This document shows positions 11,101 through 19,544 of a stretch of DNA of 57,948 bases, one piece after another; within the stretch, counting starts at the first letter, position 1, and each line of letters opens with the position of its first letter. This DNA is from a virus. Lineage: Duplodnaviria > Caudoviricetes. The notes under the pieces are model-generated. The model did no database searches and was not told the origin of the DNA. It saw only the letters and a program-made list of their open reading frames with translations. The stretch is taken from positions 1 to 57,948 of the IMG/VR virus record IMGVR_UViG_3300043448_000583; one strand, 5' to 3'. The translations under genes and the position numbers were made by a program.

Positions 11101-11475
11101 ATCTGCTAAAGGATTAATTGACCCTAAATCCACATCAGCACGGACAACATATGCTCTATTGCTGACACCAAGTAAACTATATGCTGCTTGTAATCCATAC
11201 TCGTTTTGTTCACCTGCATGAATTGGATTATTGTTAGCGTCAGTTTTGAAAATAGGAATACCAAATGTTTCAGCCAAATCTCTTTGACTGGTGATAAGGT
11301 ATGCTAATCCTGCGTTAGCTTTTAGTGTTCCTGGTGCGATTCCGGTGTTAGCACCATTTGCTTTGTTTTCTTGAGTTGCTACTATAATTAAAGGTACTGT
11401 GGCAGGCGCAGCTGGTGTGTAAAAACTTTCATCGACTACGGTAACGGCTACGCCAGGTGAATTTAGTTGGGCCAT
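8158..11475 (-). CDS. gp18: Tail sheath protein (gp18-like) with large internal insertions
   Basis: N-terminal LNSPGVAVTVVDES; C-terminal WFAPAGTRRG, RINVARL, FEPND..TR, VCDESNNTP, IEPVKAVEFIYIPL; AGGAG SD. Confidence 0.95.
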   Translation of the reverse strand: MAQLNSPGVAVTVVDESFYTPAAPATVPLIIVATQENKANGANTGIAPGTLKANAGLAYLITSQRDLAETFGIPIFKTDANNNPIHAGEQNEYGLQAAYSLLGVSNRAYVVRADVDLGSINPLADAPKAAPNNGTYWLDTANSTWGVFEWNGDPKGTGKGQTFTKKNAIIITDTAKVVDFANGDYTPKGSVGAIGDYAVVSLMNLDTSYSGSDVVWFKSAGNAVEGIDPGTWVVVGSSDWAKSWPVAVSTLSNITGSINKTIIVDGQTVTINGVGGGTTTQDIVNEINAELPPGSNASAGLSASGRLVLFVTSDNGFTLGGTALNDLGLTAGDYYRPSLAMTPHTQVPPFRRTDQEPRPSGSVWIKTTEPNGGTRLNLKRYNSESEIWEVVNSPLYENNHEAIYNLDRAGGVNIPVGAIYCQVNSEENFYSYWWWRDPQAVADFKLYRKRAAGPSKVTSQIIKTGTLGSGNRTLEIRESTAGSKELSWFYYTSFTLTNTADDAEIIATAINSMGLTNTIAEVDDANRLVLSHRLGGEIRINDGNWGSNDLIETLFVSVANPDLQAYPDGSNGWMITHWEPLSFTASTTSPQALTADGKVWYSSVVDEVDIMVHDGDTWVGYANQFSSTDPNGPLVGASRPVLQSDGTQLEDGDLWIDTSDLENYPMIYRFDASKLGPIATRWVLVDKTDQSSEDGVLFADARWNVDGSDVNSTIADLLSSDFLDPDAPDPALYPRGMLLWNMRRSGFNVKEFRQNYIDVDADNPRMNNAPMSNYYQHRWVTISGRAENGAGNFGRMAQRRVVVQALQAVTNSSRDIREEARVFNLLACPGYPELIGELISLNYDRALTGFVVGDTPARLTPDATSLKSWGDNLKLAMEDNDFGGASYDEYLAMFYPWGFTSDNFGNNIVVPPSHMMLRTIALSDSVSFPWFAPAGTRRGGITNATNVGYVDKEGEFVVVALSNAARDTLYEVKVNPITFFTGVGLVNYGQKTRAKADSALDRINVARLVVYLRRQLDILAKPYIFEPNDKITRDQIKSACDALMLELVGQRALYDYIVVCDESNNTPSRIDKNELYVDIAIEPVKAVEFIYIPLRLKNTGEIGGL

Positions 11476-11504
11476 TGTTAGATTTCTCCTAAATCTTGCT
11501 CAAG

Positions 11505-11560
11505 TATTTAGCGGAAAATGGCAAAAAATACCGGCTAGATTGTGGAGAAGTCTATTTATT
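11505..11560 (-). promoter_or_regulatory. Two tandem late promoters upstream of the sheath gene
   Basis: AATAAATA at 11553-11560, overlapping the kinase stop codon, and GCTAAATA at 11505-11512. Confidence 0.55.
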
Positions 11561-12227
11561 AAGATCCTGTACTGTACAAATAAGCTACCTTTCCATCTGA
11601 TGTTATAGTAGGTTTGTTTATAACTAGTGTTTCTATTTTATTGTATAGGTCATCTAAACCATGATTATTATCTAATACTAGATCAAAATCAGTACCGATC
11701 CATTTCCACTCACTGGGGTGAATTCCTATGTCTGTCATAATTTTTAGGGCACGTTTATCCCCTAGATTAGCATCAACAGCAGTATCGTACCAATCAGGAA
11801 GTTCACCCCGTTGTACCCATACTATGATACCATCGTTTTTCTTAATGGCGCCTATCTCATTGGGGAATCTACAATCGCTTATAACCACACTATCGTTGCT
11901 ATTTCTTAGCTTATTTTCAAGACTAGCAATCCAAATATCATCATGAAATCCTTGACGACAAACTTCTGTACCCCAGTTTTGTAGTACCCAACGTGGGGTA
12001 ATTTTCATCCCTAAACGACTACTCCACCAAAAATCCACCTGCTCACGCCATTCTCTGCTCTGTTTGGTGCGACCTTCCAACATATCTCTATCCCAGCCAA
12101 ACACAGCGGCTACAGCATCTTTTAAACTGCGAGCAAAACTTTCCCTACGAAACTCATGGAAATTAACTAGATAGTCAGCAATGGTATCCTTACCACTACC
12201 AATAAGACCGCAAATACCCACAATCAT
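11559..12227 (-). CDS. Deoxynucleoside monophosphate kinase (T4 gp1-like)
   Basis: P-loop GLIGSGKDT, FA..LKD, TPR.VLQ.WGTE, ISDCRFPNE, HPSE. Start reassigned from 12275 (TTG) to ATG 12227, which has an AAGGAG SD at 12234-12239. Confidence 0.92.
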   Translation of the reverse strand: MIVGICGLIGSGKDTIADYLVNFHEFRRESFARSLKDAVAAVFGWDRDMLEGRTKQSREWREQVDFWWSSRLGMKITPRWVLQNWGTEVCRQGFHDDIWIASLENKLRNSNDSVVISDCRFPNEIGAIKKNDGIIVWVQRGELPDWYDTAVDANLGDKRALKIMTDIGIHPSEWKWIGTDFDLVLDNNHGLDDLYNKIETLVINKPTITSDGKVAYLYSTGS

Positions 12228-12246
12228 AGTATACTCCTTTTTCTGT

Positions 12247-12275
12247 ATATTATGTGAATTCATGTGTAAAGTCAA
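12247..12275 (-). promoter_or_regulatory. Sigma70-type promoter for the dNMP kinase gene
   Basis: TTGACT (12275-12270), 17-bp spacer, TAATAT (12252-12247). Confidence 0.65.
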
Positions 12276-12277
12276 CT

Positions 12278-13045
12278 TTATCCGATAATAAAAGTGTATC
12301 CTGTGCCACCGGCTACGTAGGTGTCTATCTCTTTTTCCAATTTCTCTATTTCTTCTTTGGCTGATGCTTTTAGGTCTGCGCCGTTAAGGCCTCCAGCACC
12401 ACCAGGGCCTGCTATTTGACTAAACTTACCTCTAGCTTCTCCTAGCATTAATTTACAATTGGCCAAGGTATAATCTTTGAACCATGGGGCAGCATATGGG
12501 TCTTGTAATAAGATATAGTCTGGTCTATGATTATACCCTCTAATTAATACTTGTTCACCATCCCCATAAGCACGTTGAAGAATACGTAAAGTATGTGTAG
12601 TTGGTATCCATTGAAACTCAATAAAAGCACCAAACATACGTCCTACTAATTCTTGATATTGAGCAAACATATCGTATGTTGCTATACCACCTAGCATAGT
12701 ACTATTCAATAGATATGTGTTCGTATAGGCTAGGTTAAATGGCTCAAACTGTGTGCCACCACTACCACCTGCTGTACGACTACCTATAGTGCGACGAAAT
12801 ATACTACGCACTTCTATGATTTCTTTAGGTAATCTATAATCGTTAGTATCTTCCTTAAGTTCTAAAAAATAGTAAGCTTCTTCTACAGCGTTAGGGCTTT
12901 TTTGACGATATTTGGCTATAGCACGATCCAGAGCTATTTCATAGTGATCTGGGTCTAATTCTACATCAACCATACCATCACCCAGCATGGTTCTTACATA
13001 TTTGTAAACATTTTCACGTTCTATTAGGGTAGTAGATTTTGACAT
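12278..13045 (-). CDS. gp13: Neck protein (T4 gp13-like head-tail adaptor)
   Basis: LG..MVDVELD, W.KDY.LA.CK..LGEAR.KF..I.GP.G...LNG..L..A..E...LE, C-terminal FIIG; GGAG SD. Confidence 0.85.
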   Translation of the reverse strand: MSKSTTLIERENVYKYVRTMLGDGMVDVELDPDHYEIALDRAIAKYRQKSPNAVEEAYYFLELKEDTNDYRLPKEIIEVRSIFRRTIGSRTAGGSGGTQFEPFNLAYTNTYLLNSTMLGGIATYDMFAQYQELVGRMFGAFIEFQWIPTTHTLRILQRAYGDGEQVLIRGYNHRPDYILLQDPYAAPWFKDYTLANCKLMLGEARGKFSQIAGPGGAGGLNGADLKASAKEEIEKLEKEIDTYVAGGTGYTFIIG

Positions 13046-13061
13046 ATTTTGCTCCGGTACT

Positions 13062-13083
13062 GTATTTATTTGTCGATAAATAC
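13062..13083. promoter_or_regulatory. Back-to-back divergent late promoters for gp13 (-) and gp14 (+)
   Basis: GTATTTAT-TTGTCG-ATAAATAC: AATAAATA on minus (13063-13070) and GATAAATA on plus (13075-13082). Confidence 0.7.
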
Positions 13084-13086
13084 CAT

Positions 13087-14388
13087 ATGCCCCGCCTAAG
13101 CCTATATCGTCCAGAACGTGGAAATGATTTTAAATTCATAGATCGACAGATCAGTGAAATGTTTCAGATTGGCGGCACAGATTTTTATCTACACAAGTAT
13201 ATTGGTGTTAACACGGCTCCAGAAAATGCCACATTAGATCAGCCTAATTATGCTGAAACTAAAGAAACTAACATACAAGATTTGTTGCTATTGGAGAATC
13301 GTGACAGAAAGTATGACCCCAGCATTTATAAAATACGGGGCCATTACCAAGTTCAAAACTTGGATTTTAATCTCAGCCAATTTGGTCTTTTTATTGATAA
13401 TGACACAATATTTGCCACTGTTCATATCAACGATTGGATTAGAACTGTGGGGCGCAAACCATTGATGGGTGATGTTTTTGAACTCCCACACTTGGTCGAT
13501 GAATTTGCTCTTAACGATTATAACATTGCCTTACCAAGGTACTTTGTCATAGAGGATGTTGCTCGTGCCAGTGAAGGATTCAGTCAAACTTGGTGGCCAC
13601 ATTTATATCGAATAAAATTAAAGAAAATAATAGATAGTCAAGCATTTGCTGATATATTGGATAAACCAGCAAAGGAAGGAAGTGATCAAACCCTTAGGGA
13701 GATACTCAGTACTAAAGGTGCAGAACTTCAAATTAACGATGCTATATTGGCTCAAGCTGAAGCAGATGTTCCAATGAGCGGATATGAGACTAGGCAGTTC
13801 TATACATTGGCTGTTGATGAAACTGGTAATCCTGTATTAGAAACTGTGGATCAAACAGATATAGATGCTAGCTCAACTGGATTAGATGCTAGTAGAATAA
13901 ATGGTAGGCCTATTCGTAATGGATATTCTGGACATTTAGTTGGGGACGGTTTTCCACCGAATGGTCATGCTTTTGGTCATGGTGGATCATTTCCCAGTGA
14001 ACCATTTTTAAATGATTATTTTTTGAGAACTGACTTTTACCCTAATAGATTATTTAGATACGATGGGACAAGATGGGCTAAGATGGAGGATGCTGTTCGT
14101 CATACATTGACTAATGCTGATGCTAATTTTGCTAATCCTAGAGGTGTATATGATATCAGCGTAAATTATGGCTTGAATGATCTTGTTACTTTTGGTGGAA
14201 TAGAATATGTTGCTAAAATTAATAATATTGGACAAGAACCTTTAGATAATCCTACAGTATGGCGTCAAGTTAGGAAAACAGAGAAAACCAGTTTTATTAA
14301 CAATACCAATGTCAATACTATAAATGGTGAACAAGTTGTAGAAAGAGTCAGTTTAAGTAAAGCTCTAAAACCTAAGGCAGATTTATAA
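13087..14388 (+). CDS. gp14: Neck or head-closure protein (T4 gp14-like) with a C-terminal extension
   Basis: LSQFGLF, GRKP..GDVFELPHL, WWPHLYR; position between gp13 and gp15. Start reassigned to ATG 13087 (MPRLSLY), 4 nt after GATAAATA; the 13039 TTG start would overlap gp13 and the promoter. Confidence 0.7.
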   Translation: MPRLSLYRPERGNDFKFIDRQISEMFQIGGTDFYLHKYIGVNTAPENATLDQPNYAETKETNIQDLLLLENRDRKYDPSIYKIRGHYQVQNLDFNLSQFGLFIDNDTIFATVHINDWIRTVGRKPLMGDVFELPHLVDEFALNDYNIALPRYFVIEDVARASEGFSQTWWPHLYRIKLKKIIDSQAFADILDKPAKEGSDQTLREILSTKGAELQINDAILAQAEADVPMSGYETRQFYTLAVDETGNPVLETVDQTDIDASSTGLDASRINGRPIRNGYSGHLVGDGFPPNGHAFGHGGSFPSEPFLNDYFLRTDFYPNRLFRYDGTRWAKMEDAVRHTLTNADANFANPRGVYDISVNYGLNDLVTFGGIEYVAKINNIGQEPLDNPTVWRQVRKTEKTSFINNTNVNTINGEQVVERVSLSKALKPKADL

Positions 14389-16019
14389 TGCAGTTTTTCT
14401 ATGACGGTCAGATAAGAAGATATCTTCTACAAACTATGCGTTTGTTCAGCAATTTTGTGGTAAAATATGGTGATGGTAGATTGATGCAAGTACCTGTCAT
14501 GTATGGTGATCAGGATAAACAAGTAGCAACTATACTAAGACAAAACAGCGAAAATAAAGTTAATTCTATGCCTAAAATCGCTGTATACATTTCCAATTTA
14601 GAAATGGACAAGGAAAGATTAGCTGATCCTACATTTGTTGGTAAGGTACATATCAGAGAAAGAGCTATTGAGGATGGTGAATATACCAGCGCACAAGGTA
14701 GTAATTATACTGTAGAAAGATTAATGCCCAGTCCTTATAAACTTACAGTAAAAGTAGACATTTGGACCGGCAGCACTGAACAAAAATTACAAATTTTAGA
14801 ACAAATATTAATGTTGTTCAATCCTAGTTTAGAAATACAAACCACAGAAAATTTTGTAGATTGGACTAGTCTAAGTGTGGTTTACCTAGATCAAGTTGAT
14901 TTCAGTAGTAGAAGTATACCTGTTGGTGCAGAGATACCCATAGATATAGCATCATTGACAGTTAGTATGCCAATATGGATAAGTCCCCCAGCTAAGATAA
15001 AAAAATTAGGCGTAGTAAACAGTATTCTAATGAGTATGTATACTAACATAGGAGCACCAGCTACTGGGTATATTGATGGATTTGGTCAAGATCCAAACGA
15101 AGGTACCAGAAATTTATACGACGTAGTCCCTATACCAGTTCAAATAAATGTAGTTGATTATGATATCATAGTGTTTGGTGGATGTGCTAAAGTTTATCAA
15201 CCCAATGCTGCTGGAAAAATAATTAATGGTTTGGACGATCCAGATCTTGGTAGTATGGAGTCTGTAAATTGGGAAGTTATATTATTAAAACATCCTAATA
15301 CCTATACTCCAGGTGAAAGTAAAATTTTTCTTCGTCAGTTTAACGGAAATGAAGTCGTAGGTACTATTGCTATAGATCCTTTTGATTATACTTGTCTAAA
15401 TATAAATTGGGATCCAGATACATATCCAAGTAATACAGATATAAGTAGTTCTCTTAGACCTAATAGTCCTGGAACATTTGATGCTATTATAGATCCTCAG
15501 ACTAAAGGACCAGGAAGTGGGCTTCCTCTACCCACAGCAGGTACAAGATATTTGATTATTAATAGCATAGGAGCAGGTATTAGAGAAACTATAATAGCAG
15601 AAAACAGCAGTAATAGAATAGATACTACAGTAGATTTTGACCTAGTAGATGATGTTAAAATTTTTGTCAATGACTCGCCTGTTTCTTTTAATATTTTCAA
15701 TGTTGATAACAAACTAGTAATTAGACTAAATCAAAATGTCGCTGTTGATGACGTAATTTTATATATTTTAAATCTTAATTCAGATGGCCCCGATGCTTGG
15801 AAAAATTCTGATGGTACAGACTTTATTGCCAATGCCAATGATATAATTGAATGGACTGGCTCACGATGGCAAGTTATATTTGACAGTACAACTTCAAGAA
15901 ATGTCATTAGATATCTAACAAACATATATACTAATGTCCAATATAGATGGGATGGCATTAGTTGGACAAAAAGTTTTGAAGGACTATATCGTAAAGGTGA
16001 TTGGCGATTAATTTTATGA
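14388..16019 (+). CDS. gp15: Tail sheath stabiliser/terminator (T4 gp15-like) with C-terminal extra domains
   Basis: MQFFYDGQIRRY...F, VPVMYG, MPSPY.L...DIW, QILEQIL.LFNPS. Confidence 0.85.
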   Translation: MQFFYDGQIRRYLLQTMRLFSNFVVKYGDGRLMQVPVMYGDQDKQVATILRQNSENKVNSMPKIAVYISNLEMDKERLADPTFVGKVHIRERAIEDGEYTSAQGSNYTVERLMPSPYKLTVKVDIWTGSTEQKLQILEQILMLFNPSLEIQTTENFVDWTSLSVVYLDQVDFSSRSIPVGAEIPIDIASLTVSMPIWISPPAKIKKLGVVNSILMSMYTNIGAPATGYIDGFGQDPNEGTRNLYDVVPIPVQINVVDYDIIVFGGCAKVYQPNAAGKIINGLDDPDLGSMESVNWEVILLKHPNTYTPGESKIFLRQFNGNEVVGTIAIDPFDYTCLNINWDPDTYPSNTDISSSLRPNSPGTFDAIIDPQTKGPGSGLPLPTAGTRYLIINSIGAGIRETIIAENSSNRIDTTVDFDLVDDVKIFVNDSPVSFNIFNVDNKLVIRLNQNVAVDDVILYILNLNSDGPDAWKNSDGTDFIANANDIIEWTGSRWQVIFDSTTSRNVIRYLTNIYTNVQYRWDGISWTKSFEGLYRKGDWRLIL

Positions 16020-16453
16020 AAGATCGTATTGTTTGTAGCGGTGCATTATTTTATGCTAAAAAAACTGACAGAATTTTATTACTACAAAAATCTAAAGGAA
16101 AACACAGTGGAACTTGGAGTCTGGTAGGTGGTACTACTGATTCAGGTGAAAACGCTTGGCAAGGTCTTGTTAGAGAAATTAATGAAGAAATAGGCTTTAT
16201 GCCTAATATAATGAAGTCAATTCCTTTAGAAACATTTGTCAGTAACGACAGTGTTTTTAACTTTCATACTTTTCTCTGTGTAGTTCAAGATGAGTTTATA
16301 CCTAATCTAAGTGAGGAACATAGTGGCTGGAGTTGGACCAGTATTGATATGACTCCAAAACCACTACATCAAGGATTACGTAGCAGTTTATCTAGTAAAC
16401 CTATTAAAAATAAATTAATAACTGTATTCAACCTTCTCAAGTTGATCCAATAA
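16016..16453 (+). CDS. Nudix hydrolase
   Basis: Nudix box GGTTDSGENAWQGLVREINEEIG, plus LSEEH..W.W. Probable start is ATG 16016, an ATGA overlap with the gp15 stop. Confidence 0.9.
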   Translation: MKDRIVCSGALFYAKKTDRILLLQKSKGKHSGTWSLVGGTTDSGENAWQGLVREINEEIGFMPNIMKSIPLETFVSNDSVFNFHTFLCVVQDEFIPNLSEEHSGWSWTSIDMTPKPLHQGLRSSLSSKPIKNKLITVFNLLKLIQ

Positions 16454-18307
16454 TCTAATTAAACTGAACTTATTCATAACATGAACATTCAAGGAATTAG
16501 TTTTAATTAGAGTATATTCTCCTCTATGTTTTTCTTTTTCCAATAAAAATTTCATTTCAGTTTCATTATATTCCAGCAATAAATCTCTATCAGTTGTATA
16601 GTATAAAGAGCCTGGTAAACTATGAGCCCAAGTTCCTTTTTGATAACCATTCATAATGTGTATGCCTATACTATAAGCATAATCATTTCTATATAAACTA
16701 TGCTCAATTTGGTATACATGTCTGTAATAATTCCAATTATCCTGTATATGACCTAGTAAGTTAAAAAAGGTTTCTGTATTTTTATTTTTCTTAAAAAAGA
16801 ATACTGTAGCCCAGTAAAAGTCCACACCTTTATCACTTACTGTATGTAATCTAGGATCATGTCTATATCCAGTTAAATCTTTAGATTCTTTAAAAATTAA
16901 AAAATCATGTGGTTGTTCCCAACAATATTTTAAGTTATCGTTATTAATATAATAGTCGCAATCAATTACTAAAGTTTCATTGTAAGGGCTAAGTTCAAAA
17001 CTTTTTATTCTAATATCATTTTTAAATTTTAATCTTTTGAAACTTAGACTACCATCAAAATATCTTCTATATTGAGGAGTACTTTCAAATACAACTTCCC
17101 TTTCTCTCGTATCTTCCCATATATCATCTCTAATTTTATTTGGTATTCCGTCATAATTCACCGTACTTAACCAAAGAGTTCTATTATAAAGTAAAATATC
17201 ACCTTTATTAAACTTATCTATACTAGTTAGATCTTTTACATTTTCAATTAGTATGTCATACATGTTTGCAAGAAAATCTATATTTTCACTATGATCAGTA
17301 TGACACCTATATAGTGTATTATTATTCCAAACATGCTGCCCTGCCAAATAAGGAAGATTTGGATACCATTTATCAATATCAATACCTTGATATACTGGGT
17401 CTAAATCTTCTAAATTATAATTTGTTGATATTTTTTGACCAAAATCAATATTTGATATCCATAATTTTCTGTCATGAAATCCTAAATCACCTTTTTTAAT
17501 AATAGAAGTGTTATCCAAATCTATCACATTTTCAATCATTATGATATATCTATGTTCACTAAATGTATCTGATTCTGTATAACCTATTTCACATCTATAA
17601 ACATTATTGTTATAATATACATGTTGTCCTTTTAAATAGGGTAGATCTGAATACCATCTGTCGATATTAATACCTTCATAAACTCTTTCAAAATCTTCTT
17701 CTTTAAATTTAAGTAAATTGTCTTTAACTTTTAGCCATAAAGATCTACGATTTAGAATTTTGTCACCAATTTTGATTTCATCTAAGTCATCGTAATCAAG
17801 AATATTTCCAACAATTATATCATATTTGTCTATACTAAATTTATCCTCCTCTTCATAGTCAGTATGACATCTATATAAATTTTTTTCATACCAAACATGT
17901 TGTCCTTTTAGATAAGGTAAATTAGGATACCATTTATCAATATCTATGCCATCATATATTTTTTCATAGCAATCATCATCTTTATATTCGTGATGAACTA
18001 ATTCAATTTTTTCAACACCTTCTTTAAATTTATGCCATATTGTTCCTTTATAAAACGCTAGGCTATCTATATCATAGTTTTGACTGCTGCTCCAATTTTG
18101 TATTTCTGTTTCGTGAACAATTTTGATTAATATATCAAAAACTTCCTTATAATCTGGATATTGTTGTTTCAACCAATCAGCACTGTCAGTAATAATTGAA
18201 ATTGGCAAGTTCAAATGTTTTTTAGCTTGTTTTGCAGCATGATAGGCTATTTTAACATAATCTACCTGTTCATTATTAAGAGCGTAAATTATAATGCCTT
18301 TACTCAT
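16415..18307 (-). CDS. GT-A-like nucleotide-sugar transferase interrupted by a ~340-aa repeat insertion
   Basis: N-terminal KGIIIYA.NN...DY.K.A...A and PISIITD; C-terminal SPY.ETLVIDCDY (DxD), YWAT.FFF.K, RNDYAYSI, HVMNK. The middle region holds three tandem aromatic repeats. Confidence 0.6.
   Translation of the reverse strand: MSKGIIIYALNNEQVDYVKIAYHAAKQAKKHLNLPISIITDSADWLKQQYPDYKEVFDILIKIVHETEIQNWSSSQNYDIDSLAFYKGTIWHKFKEGVEKIELVHHEYKDDDCYEKIYDGIDIDKWYPNLPYLKGQHVWYEKNLYRCHTDYEEEDKFSIDKYDIIVGNILDYDDLDEIKIGDKILNRRSLWLKVKDNLLKFKEEDFERVYEGINIDRWYSDLPYLKGQHVYYNNNVYRCEIGYTESDTFSEHRYIIMIENVIDLDNTSIIKKGDLGFHDRKLWISNIDFGQKISTNYNLEDLDPVYQGIDIDKWYPNLPYLAGQHVWNNNTLYRCHTDHSENIDFLANMYDILIENVKDLTSIDKFNKGDILLYNRTLWLSTVNYDGIPNKIRDDIWEDTREREVVFESTPQYRRYFDGSLSFKRLKFKNDIRIKSFELSPYNETLVIDCDYYINNDNLKYCWEQPHDFLIFKESKDLTGYRHDPRLHTVSDKGVDFYWATVFFFKKNKNTETFFNLLGHIQDNWNYYRHVYQIEHSLYRNDYAYSIGIHIMNGYQKGTWAHSLPGSLYYTTDRDLLLEYNETEMKFLLEKEKHRGEYTLIKTNSLNVHVMNKFSLIRLLDQLEKVEYSY
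17160..17960 (-). repeat. Three tandem 92-96-aa intragenic repeats (CBM5/12-like aromatic modules)
   Basis: Y.GI.ID.WY..LPYL.GQHV.....Y.C occurs three times, with Trp codons at 17930-17932, 17654-17656 and 17366-17368 (periods 276 and 288 nt). Boundaries are approximate. Confidence 0.85.
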
Positions 18308-18650
18308 TCATTAAAGCCTTTACAGATCTACTTTTTTTAAGACTTTGGTAATCATTAAAATAATTGTTTGTAGATATAAAATATTGATCTACGATATTAT
18401 CAAGGAAATCTGTCAAATCATCTACACGAATTGGTAATTCATTATCATCGATAAGAACAATATTTTTAATATTTCCTAAGTCAATCAATGTTTTTACAAA
18501 TGTGATTAGAGATTTGTCAATTTTAAATGTGCCACCAGAGTGATAATAAACACAATCTGTTTGGTATTTTTCTTGTAAACTTCTTTTTTGATTATTTAGA
18601 GTTACCATAAAATTGGCAAACTCCAATGCTTTTTCTAAACGTTCATCCAT
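18300..18650 (-). CDS. Hypothetical protein
   Basis: 116 aa, AGGAG SD, late-promoter variant GATAATTA at 18670-18677; overlaps the start of the glycosyltransferase gene. Confidence 0.75.
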   Translation of the reverse strand: MDERLEKALEFANFMVTLNNQKRSLQEKYQTDCVYYHSGGTFKIDKSLITFVKTLIDLGNIKNIVLIDDNELPIRVDDLTDFLDNIVDQYFISTNNYFNDYQSLKKSRSVKALMNE

Positions 18651-18700
18651 GATAACTCCTAATTTTTAGTAATTATCTAAGAATTCAGTCTAGTGAAAAA

Positions 18701-19525
18701 TTATGGTCCAGATGAGGTTGCTATTCCTGGAGCTGATACTGATACATTAGAACCAGAAGCTGTATATGACTTAACTGCGCTGGTAGTGGTTCCCTCTACA
18801 TTTTCGTCAATATTTCCAAAAGTCCCATCATCATTAAATGAAATATTTATTGTTATAACTGTACTAGTTTTGCTGGCTGTAATAGTTAAATCATTTCCAG
18901 AATATGTTCCACTATCAACATATTGGGCAATTTGTGATGCTGATCCTGATAAACTAGCCCATGTACTACGAGTAATTACAACACCATTTCCACCTATGCT
19001 ATCAAACAGTGATCGCCATCTGCCACCTTTAGTTGTTCCAGCAGCCACGTCAATACTAGGTAGTATTCTAATTTGTCCGCCAGCGTTAAAAAAGAATCTA
19101 GCATGTTCTGAATTATTAAATGTAGCTGTTACCACATGAGTTCTAGTTCCATTCCAATCACTGAATGTAGGTGCTACGCCGTCTACTAATGAGGCCTGTG
19201 CTGATGAAAGATTCAATCTATTGGTATCCAATGTAGAAGATTGACTGCTATATGTACTCCAATCACTGGCGTAAATAACACCACCGCTACTTACACTAGG
19301 AGCACTACTGCCGCCATTTGATTGATGATAACTAATTTTATCTAAATCACTTTTTAAATTTTGCATATGACTAGCAGTTATTGTATTTCCAGCAGCAACT
19401 TGGCTACTAGCAACTGCTTGTCCATAACCCCTATCCCCAGATCCTGTGCCCAATATGTTAGCTACCGTAATTTGAATAGTATTATAGTCTGCTGCTAATA
19501 TTGTATTCCCTACACCGATAGCCAT
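18701..19525 (-). CDS. Virion structural protein (S/T/G-rich, fibre-associated)
   Basis: 274 aa, ARFFFNAGGQI motif; perfect TATAAATA at 19542-19549 and GAGG SD. Confidence 0.6.
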   Translation of the reverse strand: MAIGVGNTILAADYNTIQITVANILGTGSGDRGYGQAVASSQVAAGNTITASHMQNLKSDLDKISYHQSNGGSSAPSVSSGGVIYASDWSTYSSQSSTLDTNRLNLSSAQASLVDGVAPTFSDWNGTRTHVVTATFNNSEHARFFFNAGGQIRILPSIDVAAGTTKGGRWRSLFDSIGGNGVVITRSTWASLSGSASQIAQYVDSGTYSGNDLTITASKTSTVITINISFNDDGTFGNIDENVEGTTTSAVKSYTASGSNVSVSAPGIATSSGP

Positions 19526-19544
19526 TAAATATTCCTCATTTTAT

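Noticed and set aside
12228-13086. ORF-track starts at 12275 (kinase) and 13039 (gp14)
   Set aside because: The 12275 TTG is the -35 box of the kinase promoter, and the 13039 TTG lies inside gp13, upstream of the gp14 promoter. ATG 12227 and ATG 13087 fit the SD and promoter positions better.
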